Source of the DNA: the human T2T-CHM13v2.0 reference genome, Homo sapiens
DNA: 64,000 nt
Direction: 5' to 3' (one strand)
NCBI RefSeq assembly: GCF_009914755.1
Contig: NC_060938.1
Shown: positions 27,983 through 42,900 of the stretch, in pieces
How positions within the stretch are numbered: position 1 is the first letter of the stretch
How the letters are laid out: each line of letters starts with the position of its first letter
Made by a program: the position numbers and the translations under genes
Notes under the pieces: model-generated
Databases searched by the model: none
What the model saw: only the letters and a program-made list of their open reading frames with translations
What the model was told of the DNA's origin: nothing

Positions 27983-30900
27983 GTTTTGTAATCCATTGTA
28001 ATGGATAAAAATTCAGACCCTCGTAGCAGTGTTCTGGAATCCTATGTGAGGGACAAAAACTGAGAATCCAGCAGCATCCTGGAATCCTGTGTGAGTGACA
28101 AACATTCAGAGATTTGTAGCAGTGTTCTGGAATTCTATGTGAGGGACAAACACTCAGAACCCAGCAGCAGTGTTCTGGAATCCAATGTGAGGGACAAACA
28201 TTCAGAACCCAGCAGCAGTTTTCCGGAATCCCATGAGAGGGACAAATATTCAGAACCCAGCAGCAGTGTTCTGGAATAGTATATTAGGGACAAACACTCA
28301 GAACCCAGGAGCAGTGTTCTAGAATCCTTTGTGAGGGACAAACATTCACACTCTTGAAGCAGTGTTCTGGAATCCTAAGTGAGGGACAAACACTCAGAAC
28401 CCAGCAGCAGGGTCCTGGAATCCTTTGTGATGCGCAAACATTCAAACCCTTGTAGCAGTGCACTGGAATCCTATGTGAGGGACAACCACTCAGAACCCAG
28501 GAGCAGTGTTCTGGAATCCTCTGTGAGGGAGAAACACTCAGAACAGAGCAGCAGTGTTCTGGAACCTTATGTGAGGGACAAACATTGAGAACCCAGCAGC
28601 AGTGTGATGGAATCTTATGTGATAGACAAACACTCAGAACCCATCCACTATCTTCTGGAATCCTATGTGAGGGACAAACTTTCAGACACTCATAGAAGTG
28701 TTCTGAAATCCTATGTGAGGGACAAACACTAAGCAACCAAGAGTAGTGCTCTGAAATCCTTTGTAAAGGACAAACAAACAGAACCCAGTAGCAGGGTTCC
28801 GGACTCCTTTCTGAAGGAAAAACATTCAGACCCTTGTAGCAGTGTTCTGGAATCCTATTTAAGGGACAGACACTCAGAACCCAGCAGCAGTGTTCTGGAA
28901 TCCTATGTGAGGGACAAACACTCAGAACCTGGCAGCAGTGCTTTGGAATCCTGTGCGATCGCCAAAGATCCAGAACTTCATAGAAGTGTTCTGGAATCCT
29001 ATGTGAGGGACAAACACTCAGAAACCAGCAGCAGTGCTCTGGAATCTTATTTGAGGGACAAACATACAGAAGCCAGCAGCAGTGTTTTGGAATCCTATGT
29101 GAGGGACAAACATTCAGAAACTCCTAGCTGTGTTCTGGAATCATCTGTGAGTGGCAAACACTCAGAACCCAGCAGCAGTTTTCTGGATTCCTATATGAGT
29201 GACAAACACTCAGAAGTCAGCATCAGTGCTCTAGAATACTTTGTAGGGGACAAACATTGAGACACATGAAGCAGTGTTCTGGAATCCTATGTGAGGGACA
29301 AACACTCAGAACCCAGCAGCAGTGTTCTGGAATCCTTTGTGATGGACAAACATTCAGACCCTCGTAGCAATGTTCTGGAATCCTATGTGAGAGACAAACA
29401 CTCAAAACTAAGCAGCAGTGTTCTGGAATACTATGAGAGGAGCAAACACTCAGAATGTGGCAGCAGTGTTCGGGAATCCCATGTGAGGGACAAACAAGCA
29501 GAACCCGGAAGCTGTGTTCTGGATTTGTATGTGACGGAAAAACACTCAGAACCCAGCCACTGTGTTCTGGAATCCTATCTGAGTGACAAATATTCAGACA
29601 CCCATAGAAGTGTTCTGGAATCCTATGTGAGGGACAAACACCCAGAAAGCAGCAGTGGTGCTTTGGAATCCTTTGTGAGGGAAAACCATTCAGACCCACG
29701 TAGCAGTGTTCTGTAATGCTATGTGAGGGACAAACCCTCTGAACCCAGCAGCAGTGTTCAGGAATCCCATGTGAGGGACAAACACTCAGAACCCAGCAGC
29801 AGTGTTCTAGAATCCTTTTTAAGTGACAAACATTCAGAACTTCGTAGAAGTGTTCCAGAATACTACGTGAGGGACAAACACTCAGAACCCAGCCACTGTG
29901 TTCTGAAATCCTATCTGAGGGTCAAACATTCAGAAACCCATAGAAGTGTTCTGGAATCCTATGTGAGGGACAGACACTCAGAAACTAGCAGCAGTGCTCT
30001 GGAATCCTTTGTGAGGGACAAACAAGAAGAACGAAGCAGCAGTGTTCTGGAGTCCTATGTTAGGGACAAACATTGAGAAACCATCAGCAGTATTCTGGAA
30101 TCCTTTGTGAGGAACAAACATTCAGAACTTCGTAGAAGTGTTCTGAAATCCTATGTGTGGGACAAACACTTAGAAACCAGCAGTGGCGTTCTGGAATCCT
30201 TTGTGAGGGACAAACAAACAGAATCCAGCAGCAGTGATCTGGAATCTTTTGTGACGGAAAAACATTCTGACCCTCGTAGCAGTGTTCTGGAATCCTGTGT
30301 GTGGAATAAACACTCTGAACCCAGCAGCAGTGTTCTGGAATCCTATGTGAGAGACAAACACTCAGAACCCAGCAGCAGTGTTCTAGAATCCTGTGTGAGC
30401 AACAAAGATGCAGAACTTCGTAGCAGTGTTCTGGAGTCCCATGTGAGGGACAAACAATCAGAACCCAGCATCAGTGTTCTGGAATCCTATGTGAGGGACA
30501 AACACTCAGAAACCACCAGCAGTGTTTTTGAATCCTATGTGAGAGAAAAACTCTCAGAACCCAGCAGCAGCGTTCTGGAATCCTTGGTGAGGGAAAAACA
30601 TTCAGAACCTCGTAGCAGTGTTCTGGAATCGTAAGTGAGGCACAAACTCTCAGAACCCAGCAGAAGTGTTCTGAATCCCATGTGACTGACAAACAGAAAC
30701 CAGCAGCAGTGTTCTAGAATCCTTTGTGAGGCACAAACATTGAGACCCTCGAAGCACAGTTCTGGAATCCTATGTGAGGGACCAACACTCAGATACCCAG
30801 CAACAGTGCTCTGGAATCCTTTGTGATGGACAAACATTCAGACCCTCGTGCCAGTTTTCTGGAATCCTATGTGATGGACCAACACTCAGAACCCAGCAGC

Positions 30901-33900
30901 AGTGTTCTGGAATCCAATGTGAGGGACAAACACTCAGAACCCAGCAGCAGTGTTCTGGAATCTTATGTGAGGGAAAAACACTCAGAACCCAGCAGCAGTG
31001 TTCTGGAATCCTATGTAAGGGGCAAACACTCAGAACCCAGCAGCAGTGTTCTAGAGTCCTTTTTGAGGGACAAACACTAAGAACCCAGTAGCGGTGTTCT
31101 GGAATCATTTGTGACAGACAAACATTCAGACCGTCGTAGCAGTGTTCTGGTATCTTACGTGAGGGACATATACTCAGAACACAGCAGCAGTGTTCTGGAA
31201 TCCTATGTGAGGGACAAATACACAGAACCCAGCAGCAGTCTTGTGGAATCCTATGTGAGGAACAAACACTCAGAAAAACGCAGTAGTGTTCTGCAATCCT
31301 ATGAGAGCGACAAACACTCAGAAACCAGCCACTCTGTTCTGGAATCCTTTCTGAGGGACAAACATTCAGACACTCATAGAAGTGTTCTGGAATCCTATGT
31401 GAGGGACAAACTCTCAGAAACCAGGAGCAGTTCTCTGGAATCCTTTGTGAGTTACAAACAAACAGAACCCAGTAGCAGTGTTCTGGAAGCCTTTCTGACA
31501 GAAAAACATACAGATCCTTGTAGCACTGTTCTGGAATCCTATGTGAGGGACAAACCCTCAGAACCCAGCAGCCGTGTTCTGGAATCCTTTTTGCGGGACA
31601 AACATTCAGAATCTCGTATCTGTGTTCTGGATTCCTATGTGAGGGTGAAACACTCTGAACCCAGCAGACGTGTTCAGGAATCCCATGTGATGGACAGACA
31701 TTCAGATCCTGGTAACAGTGTTATGGAATCCTTATGTGAGGGACAAACACTCAGAACCCAACAGCAGTGTTCTGGAATCCTATGTGAGGGACAAACATTG
31801 AGAACCCAGCAACAGTGTTCTGGAATCCTATGTGAGGGAAATACACTCAGCTCCCAACAGCAGTGTTCTGGATACCTTTGTGAGGGACTAACTTTCAGAC
31901 CCTCTTAGCAGGATTCTCTAATCCTATGTGAGGGAGAAACACTCGGAACCCAGCAGGTGTGTTCTGGAATCCCATGTGAGGGACAGACATTCAGACCAAC
32001 ACACAATGTTCTGGAATCCTATGTGAGGGACAAGCACTCAGAACCCAGCAGCAGTGCTCTGCAATCCTTTGTGAGGGACAAACATTGAGACCCTTGTAGC
32101 AGTGTTCTGGAAACCTATGTGAGGAACAAACATTCAGACCCTCATAGCAGTGTTCTGGAATCCTATGTGAGGGTAACACTCTCAGAACCCAACGGCAGCG
32201 TTTTGGAAACATTTTGAGGGTCAAATATTAAGACCCTTATGGTAGTGTCCTGAAATCCTATGTGAGGGACAAACATTCAGACACTCGTAGGAGTGTACTG
32301 GAATCCTAAGTCAGGGACAAACACTCAGTACCCGGCAGCAGTGATATGGAATCGTATGTGAAGTACAAAGACACAGAACCCAGCAGCAGTGTTCTGGAAT
32401 CCTATCTGGGCGACAAACATTCAGAACTTCCTAGCAGTGTCCTGGAATCCTTTGTGAGGAAAAAACATTCAGAGCCTCATAACAGTGTTCTGGAATCCTA
32501 TGTGAGGCACAAACACACAGAACCCAGCAGCAGTGTTCTGGAATCCTATGTGAGGGACAAACACTCAGAACCCAGTAGCAGTGTTCTGGAATACTATGTG
32601 AGGGATAAACATTCAGACACTCGTAGCAGTGTTCTGGAATCCTATGTCAGGGTCAAACCCTAAGAATCCACCAGTATTGTTCTGGAATCCTTTGTGAGGG
32701 ACAAATATTCTGACCCTCATAGCAGTGTTCTGGAATCCTATGTGAGGGAAATACTTTTAGACCCTCATAGCAGTGCTCTGGAATCCTATGTGAGGGACAA
32801 ACACACAGAAGCCAGCAGTGGTGTTCTGGAATCCTATGTAAGGGACAAACATGCAGAACCCAGCAGCTATGTTGTGGAAACCTATGTGAGGGACAAACAC
32901 CCAAAACCCAGCAGCAGATTTCTGGAATCTGTGAAGGACAAACATTCAGACCGTCGTAGCAGGGTTCTGGAATCCTATGTGAGGGACAAACATTCAGAAC
33001 CCAGCAGCAGTGTGCTGGAATCCTATGTGAGGGACAAACCTTCATACCCTCACTGCAGTGTTCTGGAATCGTATGTGGGGAACAAACACTCAGAACCCAG
33101 CAGTAGTATTCTGGAATCCTTTTTGAGGGACAAATATTCAGACCCTCGTAGCAATGTTCTGGAATCCTATGTGAGGGTCAAACACTCAGAAACCAGAAGC
33201 AGTGTTCTGGAAACCTTTGTGAGGGACAAATATTCAGTCCCTCATAGCAGTGTTCTAGAATCCTATGCAAGTGACAAATATTCATATCCTCGTAGCAGTG
33301 TTCTGTAACCCTATGTGAAGGACAAACACTCAGTACACAGCAACAGTTTTCTGGAATCCTATGTAAAGGACAAAGACTCAGAACCGAACTGCCGTGTTCC
33401 GGAATCCTATAGGAGAGTCAAACACTCAGAACCCAGCAGCAGTGCTCAGGAATCCCATGTGACAGACAGATATTCAGACCCTCGTAACAGTGTTCTGGAA
33501 TCCTAAGTGAGGGATAAATACTCAGAGAACAACAGCAGTGCTCTGGAATCCTGTGTGAGGGACAAACATTCAGAGCATCGTAGCAATATTCTGGACTCCT
33601 ATGTGAGGGACGACCACACAGAACCCAGCAGCAGTGTTGTGGAATCCTATGTGAGGGCCAAACACTCAGAACCCAGAAGAAGTGTTCAGGAATCCTATAT
33701 AAGGCACAAACACTCAGAAAACAGTAGCCATGTTCTGGAATCCTATGTGAGAGACAAACACTCAGAACCCAGCAGCAAGGTTCCAGAAACCTTTGTGAGG
33801 GAAAAATATTAAGACCCTTGTAGTAGTGTCCCGGATTCTAAGTGAGAGACAAACATTCAGATCCTCGTAGCAGTGTTCTGGAATGCTATGTGAAGGACAA

Positions 33901-36900
33901 ACACTCAGAGCCCAGCAGCAGTGTTCTGGAATTCTATGTGATGGACAAACACTCAGAAACCAGCAGCAGTGTTCAGGAATCCTAAGTGAGGGACAAAAAC
34001 TCAGAAAGCAGCAGCAGTGCTCTGGAACTCTATGTGAGGGACAAATATTCAGACCCTCATATCAATGTACTGGAATCCTGTGTGTGGGTCAAACACTCAG
34101 ACCCAGCAACAGTGTTCTGGAAACCTTCTGAGGGACAAAGAATCAGACACTTGTAGCAATGTTCTGGAATCCTAAGTGAGCGAGGAATCTTCAAACCTCG
34201 TAGCAGTGTTCTGTAATCCTATGTGAGGGACAAACACTCAGAACCCAGCAGCAGTGTTCTGGAATCTTAAGTGAAGGACAAACATTCAGATCCTCGTAGC
34301 AGTGTTCTGGAATCCTGTGTGAGGGTAAAACCCTCAGAGCCTAGCAGTAGTGTTCTGGAAACCAGTGTGAGGGACAAATATTAAGAACCTCATAGTATTG
34401 TTCTGGAATTCTATGTGAGGGGCAAACATTCAGAACCTCGTAGCAGTGTTCTGGAATCGTATGTGAGGGACGAATACTCAGAACCCAGCAGCAGTGTTCT
34501 GGAATCCTTTGTGAGGGAGAAATACTCAAACCCAGCAGCAGTGTTCTGGAATCCTATGTGAGGGACAAACACTCAGAACCCAGCAGTAGTATTCTGGAAT
34601 CCTTTGTGAGAGCCAGACATTCAGAATCTCGTAGCTGTGTTCTGGATTCCTATGTGAGGGACAAACACTCAGAACCCAGCAGCAGTGTTCTAGAATCCTA
34701 CTTGAGTTACTAACACTCAGACCAAAGCAGTAGTGTTCAGGAAATCCATGTGACGGACTGATATTCAGACCCTCGTGGCAGTGTTTTGGAATCCCATGTG
34801 AGGGACAAACACAGAGAACACAGCACTAGTGTTCTGCAATCCTATGTGAGTGACAAACACTCAGAACCCAGCAGCAGTGTTCTGGAATCCGATGTAAGGG
34901 ACAAACAATCAGACACTCGTAGCACTGTCCTGGAATTCTTTGTGAGGTTCAAAGACTAAGAACACAGCAAGAGAGTTCTGGAAACCTTTGTAAAGGACAA
35001 ACATTCAGACCCTCTTTGTCGTGTTCTGGAATCGTATGTGAGGGTAAAACATTCAGAAACCAGCAGCAGTGCTCTGGAAACGTTTGTGAGGTACAAATAT
35101 AAAGACCCTCATAGTACTGTTCTGGAATCCTATGTGACGGACAAACACTCAGAACCCTACAGCAATGTTATGGAATCCTATGTGAGGGGCAAACACTCAG
35201 AAGCCAGCAGCAGTGTTCTGGAATCCTTTGTGACGGACAAACTTTCAGATCCTTTTAGCAGTGTTCCGGAATCCTATGTGAGGGGCAAACACTCAGAAAC
35301 CAGCAGCAGTGTTCTGGATTCCTTTGTGACGGAAAAACTTTCAGATCCTTGTAGCAGAGTTCCAGAATCCTGTGTGATGGACAAACACAGAAACCAGCAG
35401 AAGTGTTCTGGAATCCAATGTGAGGGACAAACACTCAAAACCCAACAGCAGTGTTCTGGTATCCCATGTGAGGGACAAACATTCAGAGCTTCGTAGTTGT
35501 GTTCTGGAAACCTATGTGAGGGACAAACACTTAGAACCCAGGAGCAGTGTTCTGGAATCCTATGTGAGGGAGAGACATTCAGCCCCTCGTAGCAGTGTTC
35601 TGGAATCGTATGTGAGAGACAAACACTAAGAACCCTGCAGCACTGTTCTGGAATCCTTTGTGAGGGACAAACATTCAGACCCTTGTTGCAGTGTTCTGGA
35701 ATCCTAACTGAGGGACAAACACTCAGAACCCAGCAGCGGTGTTCTGTAATCCTATATGAGGGAAAAACATTCAGAACTCAGCAGCAATGATCTGGAATCC
35801 TCTCTGAGGGACATTCAGACCCTCGTAACAGTGTTCTGGAACCTTATGTGAAGGACAAACATTCAGAAACACACAGCAGTGCTCTGGAATCCTTTGTGAA
35901 GGACAAACCCTCAGAGCCCAGCTGCAATGTTCCAGAATTTTTGTGAGGGATAAACATTCAGAACCTCGTAGCAGTGTTCTGTAATCCTATGTGGGGGACA
36001 AACACTCAGAACCCAGCAGCAGTGTTCTGGAATCCTACGTTAGGTACAAAAACTGAGAATGCAGCAGCAGTGTTCTGGAATCCTATGTCAGGGCAGATAT
36101 TCAGACCCTCGTATCCGTGTTCTCGAATCCTATGTGAGGGACAAACTGTCAGAATCCAGCAGCGGTATTCTGGAATTCTTTGTGAGGGACAAACACTCTG
36201 AATCCTGCAGCAGTGTTCTGGAATCCTACGCGAGGGACAAATATTCATGACCTCGTAGCAGTGTTCTGGAATCCTATAAGATGGTTAAACTCTCAGAACC
36301 CAGCAGCAGTGTTGTGGAAAGCTTTGTGAAGGACAAACATTCAGAATTTCTTAGCAGTGTTCTGTAGTCCTATGTGAGGGACAAACATTTAGACCCTCGT
36401 TGCTGTGTTCTGGAATCCTACGTGAGGGACAGACATTCAGACCCTCGCAGCAGTGTTCTGCAATCCTATGTGAGGGACAAGCACTCAGAACCCAGCAGTG
36501 TTCCAGAATCCTATGTGAGGGACACAGTTTTACAACCTCATAGCTGTGTTCTGGAATCCTATGTGAGGGTCAAACACTCAGTACCTAGCAACAGTGTTCT
36601 GCAAACCTTTCTGAGGGACAGACATTCAGAACCACCTAGCAGTTTTCTGGAATCCTGTGTGAAGGACAAACACACAGAACCCACCAGCAGTGTTCTGGAA
36701 TCCTAAGTGTGGGACAGACACTTAGAACCCAGAAGCCATGTTCTGGAATCCAAAGTGAGGGACAAACACTCTGAACCCAGCAGCAGTGTTCCATAATTTT
36801 TTGTGAGGGATGGACATTCAGACCATTGTAGCAGTGTTCTGGAATTCTATGTGAGGGATAGACACTCAGAAACCAGCAGCACTGATCTGGAATTCTTCGT

Positions 36901-39900
36901 GAGGGACAATCATTCACACCAGTTTAGCAGTGTTCCTGAATCGTACATAAAGGAGAAACATTCAGACCCTCGTAGCAATGTTCTGGAGTCTTATGTGAGG
37001 GACAAACTTTCAAACCTTCGTAGCAGTGTCCCGGAATCCTATGTGAGGGACAAACACTCAGAACCCAGCAGCAGTGTTTTGGAATACTATGTGACGGACA
37101 AACAATCAGAACCCAGAAACAGTGTTCTGGAATGCTATGTAAGGGACAAACATTCAGACCCTCGAAGCAGTGTACTAGAATCATATTTGAGGGACAAACA
37201 CTCAGAACCCAGCAGCAGTGTTCTGCAATCTATTGTGAGGCACAAATATTCAGACCCTCATAGCAGTGTCCTAGAATCCTATCTGAGGGAAAAACATTCA
37301 GACCCTCATAGCAGTGTTCTGGAATCCTATGTGAGGGTCAAACACACAGATCCCAGCAGCAGTGTTGTGGAAACCTTCGTGAGAGACAAACATTCAGACA
37401 CTGTTTGCAGTGTTCAGGAATTCTAAGTGAAGGACAAACGTTCAGATCCTCGTAGCAGTATTCTGGGATCTTATGTGAGGGACAAACCCTCAGAACACAG
37501 CAGCAGTGGGCTGGAATCCTATATGAGGAACAAACACAAAGAACGCAGCAGCAGTGTTCTGGAATCCTATGTGAGGGACAGACACTCAGAAACTTTCAGA
37601 GGTGTTCTGGAATCCTAAGTGAGGGACAGACATTCAGACTCTCAAAGCAGTGCTCTGGAATCCTATGGGAGAGACAAACACTCAGACCCTCATAGCAGTG
37701 TTCTGGAATCCTATGGGAGAGACAAACACTCAGACCCTCATAGCAGTGTTCTGGAATCCTATGTGAGGGTCAAACACTCAGATCCCAGCAGCAGTGTTGT
37801 GGAAACCTTCATGAGGGACAAACATTCAGACACTGTTTGCAGTGTTCAGGAATCCTAAGTGAAGGACAAACATTCAGATCCTCGTAGCAGTATTCTGGGA
37901 TCTTATGTGAGGGACAAACCCTCAGAACACAGCAGCAGTGGGCTGGAATCTTATATGAGGAACAAACACAAAGAAAGCAACAGCAGTGTTCTGGAATCCT
38001 ATGTGAGGGGCAGACACTCAGAAATTTTCAGAGGTGTTCTGGAATCCTTTGTGAGGGACAAATATTTAGAACCTCATAACAGTGCTCTGGCATCCTATGT
38101 GAGGGAAAAACACTCTTAAGCCAGCAGCAGTGTTCTGGAATCCCTTGTGAGGGAAAAACACTCAGAACTCAGCAGCCGTGTTCTGGAATACTAAGTGAGT
38201 GACTAACACTCAGAAGACAGCAACAGTGTTCTAGAATCCATTTAGAGGGAAAAACTTTCAGACATTCAAAAAATTGTTCTGGAATCCTATGTGAGGGACA
38301 AAAACTCAGAACCCAGCAGCAGTGTTCTGGAATCCTTAGTGTTAGACAAACATTCAGACCCTCATAGCAGTGTTGTGGAATCCTAAGTAAGGGAAAAACA
38401 CTCAGAACAAACTGGCAGTGTTCTGGAATCCTATGTCAGGGACAAATTCTCAGAACCCAGCAGCAGTGGTCTGGAATCACCTGTGAGGTACCCCACTCAG
38501 AACACAGACACTGTGTTATGAAATCCTATGTGAGGGAAAAACTGTAAGACACTCGAGGAAGTGCTTTGGAATCATACGTGAGGGAAAAACACCCAGAAAG
38601 CAGCAGCGGTGCTCTGGAATCCTTTGTGAGGGACAAACACACAGAACTTAGCAGGGGTTTTCTCGAATCCTTTGTGAGGGAAAACATTCAGAGGCTCCCA
38701 GCAGTGTTCTGGAATTCTATGTGAGGGAAAAACTCTCAGAACCGACCAACAGTGTTCTGAAATCCAGTGTGAGGGACAAACACTCAGAACCCATCAACAG
38801 TGTTCTAGAATGCATTGTGAGGGACAAACCTTCAGACCCACGAAGCAGTGTTCTGTAATCCTGTGTGAGGGACAAGCACTCAGAACTCAACAGGAGTGTT
38901 CTGGAATCCTTTGTGAGGGAAAAACATTCAGAACTTTGTAGCAGTGCTCTGTAATCCTTTCGGAGGGGCAAACAAACATACCCCAGCAGCAGTGTTCTGG
39001 AATCCTATGTGAGGGACAAACACTCAGAATCCAGCAGCAGTGTTGTTGAATCGTTTGTGAAAGAGAAAGATTCAGAACCTCATAGCAGTGTTCTGGAAAC
39101 CTGTGTGAGGGACAAACAGTCTGAACCCAGCAGCAGTGCTCTGGAATCCCATGTAAGGGTCAAACACTCAGAACCCAGCAGCCATATTCTGGAATCCTAC
39201 ATGAGTGACAAACACTCAGAACCCAGTAGAAGTGTTCTAAAATCCTTTGTGAGGGACAAACATTCAGACCCATGAAGCAGTGTTCTGGAATCCTATCTGA
39301 GGGACAAACACTCAGAACCCAGCCGCAGTGTTCTGGAAACCTTTGTGATGGACAAACATTTAGACCATAGTAGGAGTGTTCTGCAATCCTATGTAAGGGA
39401 AAAACACTCAGACCTCAGTATCAGTGTTCAGGAATACTACATGAGGGACAAACACTCAGAACCCAGCAGCAGTGTTCTGGAATCCTCAATGAGGGACAAA
39501 CACTCAAAACTCAACAGCAGTGTTCTGGAATTCTATGTGAGGGACAAACACTCAGAACCCAGCCGCAGTGTTCTGGAATCCTATGTGAGGAATAAACACT
39601 CAGAACCCAGCAGCAGTGTTCTAGAATCCTATGTGAGGGACAGACACTCAAAACCTAGGCACTGTCTTCTGGAATCCTATTTGAAGGACAAATATTCAGA
39701 CACTCATAGAAGTGTTCTGGAATCATATGTGAGGGACAAACACTCAGAACCCAGCAGAATTGTTCTGGTATCCTATGAGAGCAATAAACGTTCAGAATTT
39801 CTTAGCAGTGTTATGGAATCCTACGTGGGGGACAAATAATCAGAACCCAGCCTCTGTGTTCTGGAGTCCTATCTGAGGGAGAAACATTCAGACACACGAA

Positions 39901-42900
39901 GAAGTGTTCTGGAATCTAATCTGAGGGACAAACACTCCGAAAGCAGCAATATTTTTCTGGATTCCGTTGTGAAGGAAAAACAAACAGTATCCAGCAGGAG
40001 TGCTTCGGAATCCTATGTGAGTGGCAAACACTCAGAAACCAGCAGGAGTTGTCTAGAATCCTTTGTGAGGGACAAACATTCAGACACTCGAAGCAGTGTT
40101 CTGGAATCCTATGTGAGGGACAAACACTCAGAACCCAGCAGCAGTGTTCTGTAATTTTTGCTGATGGACAAACATTCAGACCTTCGTAACAGTGCTCTGC
40201 AACCCTATTTGAGGGACAAGCACTCATAACACAGTAGCAGTATCCTGGAATCCTTTGTGTGGGACAAACACTCAGAACCCAGCAGCAGTGTTCTGGAATC
40301 CTATGTGAGGGACAAACACTCAGTACCCACCGGCAGTGTTCTGGAATTCTATGTAAGGGACAAACACTCCGAATCCAGCAGCAGTGTTGTGGAATCCTAT
40401 GTGAGGCACAAACTCTCAGAACCCAGCAGCAGAGTTCTGGAATCCTTTGAGAGGGACAAACACTCAGAAACCAGCCACTGTGTTCTGTATTCCTATCTAA
40501 GGGACAAACATTCATACACTCGTAGAATTGTTCTGGAATCCTATGTGATGGACAAACATTCAGGCCCTCGTAGCAGTGCTCTGGAATCTTATGTGAGGGA
40601 CAAACACTCAGAAGCAGTAGCAGTATTCTGGAATCCTCAGTGAGGGACAAACACGCAGAACCCTGCAACAGTGCTCTGGAATCCCATGTGAGGTACAAAC
40701 ACTCAGAACACAGGAGCTATGTTCTGGAATCCTGTGTGAGTGACAAACACTCAGAACCCAGCAGCAGTGTTCTAGAAACCTTTGTGAGGGATGAAAATTC
40801 AGACCCCTGAAGCAGTATTCTGGAATCCTATGTGAGGGACAAACACTCAGAACCCAGCAGCTGTGTTCTGCAATCCTATGTGAGGGACAAACACTCAGAA
40901 CCCAGCAGGACTGTTCTGAAATCCTCAATGAGGGACAAACACTCAGAACCCAACAGCATTGTTCTGGAAATCTATGTGACGGACAAACACTCAGAACCCA
41001 GCTGCAGTGTTCTGGAATCCTATGTGAGGGACAAACACTCATAACTCAGTAGCAGTCTTCTGGAATCCCATATAAGGGACAAATACTCAGAACCCAGCCA
41101 CTGTGTTCTGGAATCCTATCTTAGGGATAAATATTCAGACACTCATAGAAGGCTTCTGGAATCCTTTGTGAGGCCCAAACACTCAGAAACTAGCAGCGGT
41201 GCTCTGGAATCCTTTCTGAGGGACAAACAAACAGAACCCAGCAGAAGTGTTCTTTAATTCTTTGTGAGGGTAAAACTTTCAGACCCAAGTAGGTGTGTTT
41301 TGGAATCCTATGTGAGGGACAATCACTCAGAGCCCAGCTGCAGTGTTCTGGAATTCTACGTGAGGGACAAACATTCAGAACCCAGCAGCAGTGTTCTGGA
41401 ATCCTATGTGAGCGACAAACATTCAGAACTTCATAACAGAGTTCTGGAATACTATGTGGGGGACAAACACTCAGAATCCTTACACTGTGTTCTGGAATAC
41501 TAAGTGAGGGGCAATCATTTAGAACATCCTAGCAGTGTTCTGGAATCGTTAGTGTGTGACAAACACTCAGAACCCAGCAGCAGTGTTCTGGAAACTTATG
41601 TGAGTGACAAACACTCAGAACCCAGCAGCAGTGTTCTAGAAACCTTTGTGAGGGAAAAACATTCAGATGCTCAAAGCAGTGTTTTGGAATCCTACGTGAG
41701 AGACAAACACTCGGAACCCAGCACCAGTGTTCTAGAATCCTTTGTGACGGACAACCATTCAGACCCTCGTAGCACTGTTTTGGAATCCTAAGTGAGGGAC
41801 AATCACTCAGAACCCACCAGCAGTGTTCTGGTATCCTATGTGAAGGAAAAACATTCAGATCCCAACAGAAGTGTTCTGGAATCCTATGTGAGGGACAAAC
41901 ACTCGGAACCCAGAAGAAGTGTTCTGGAATCCTATGTGAAGAACAAACGCTCAAAACCCAGCCACTGGGTTCTGGAATCCTTTCTGAGGGACAAACATTC
42001 AGATGATCGTAGAAGTGTTCTAGAATACTATGTGAAGGACAAACACTCAGAAACTAGCAGCGGAGCTCTGGAATCCTTTGTGAGGGACAAACAAACAGAA
42101 CACAGCTAGAGTGTTCTGGAATCTTTTGTGAGGGAAAAACATTCAGACTCTCGTAGCAATGTTCTGGAATCCTATGTTTGGGACAAACACTCAGAACACA
42201 GCAGCAATGTTCTGGAATCCCACCTGAGGGACAAACACTCAGACCCAGAAGCAGTGTTCTAGAATCCTTTGTCAGGGACAAACCTTCAGACACTCGAAGC
42301 AGGGTTCTGGAAACCTATGTGAGGGACAAAGACTCAGAATCCAGCAGCAGTTCTCTGTAATCCTTCGTGAGGGACAAACAAACTGTACCCAGCAGCAGTG
42401 TTCTGCAATCCTATGTGAGGGACTAACACTCAGAAACCAGCAGCAGTGTTCTGGAATGCTTTGTGAGGGACAAACATTCAGAACCTCGTAGCAGTGTTCT
42501 GGAGTCTTATGTGAGGGACAAACACTCTTAACCCAGCAGCAGTGTTCTGCAATCCCCTGTGACAGACAAACTCTCAAAACCCCTCATCGGTGTTCGGGAA
42601 TCCTATGTGAGTGACAAACACTCAGAACCCAGCAGCAGTGTTCCAGAATCCCTTTTGAGAGACAAACATTCAGACTTCGGAAGCAGTGTTCTTGAATCCT
42701 ATGTGAGGGACAAATACTCAGGTCCCAGCAGCACTGTTCTGGATTCCTATCTGAGGGAGAAACACTCAGAAACGTGTCACTGTGTTCCGGAATCTTATCT
42801 GACGGATAAACATTCAGACACTCTTAGAAGTGTTCTGTAATGCTATGTGAGGGACAAACACTCAGAAACCAGCAGCAGTGCTCTGGAATTCTTTGTGAGG

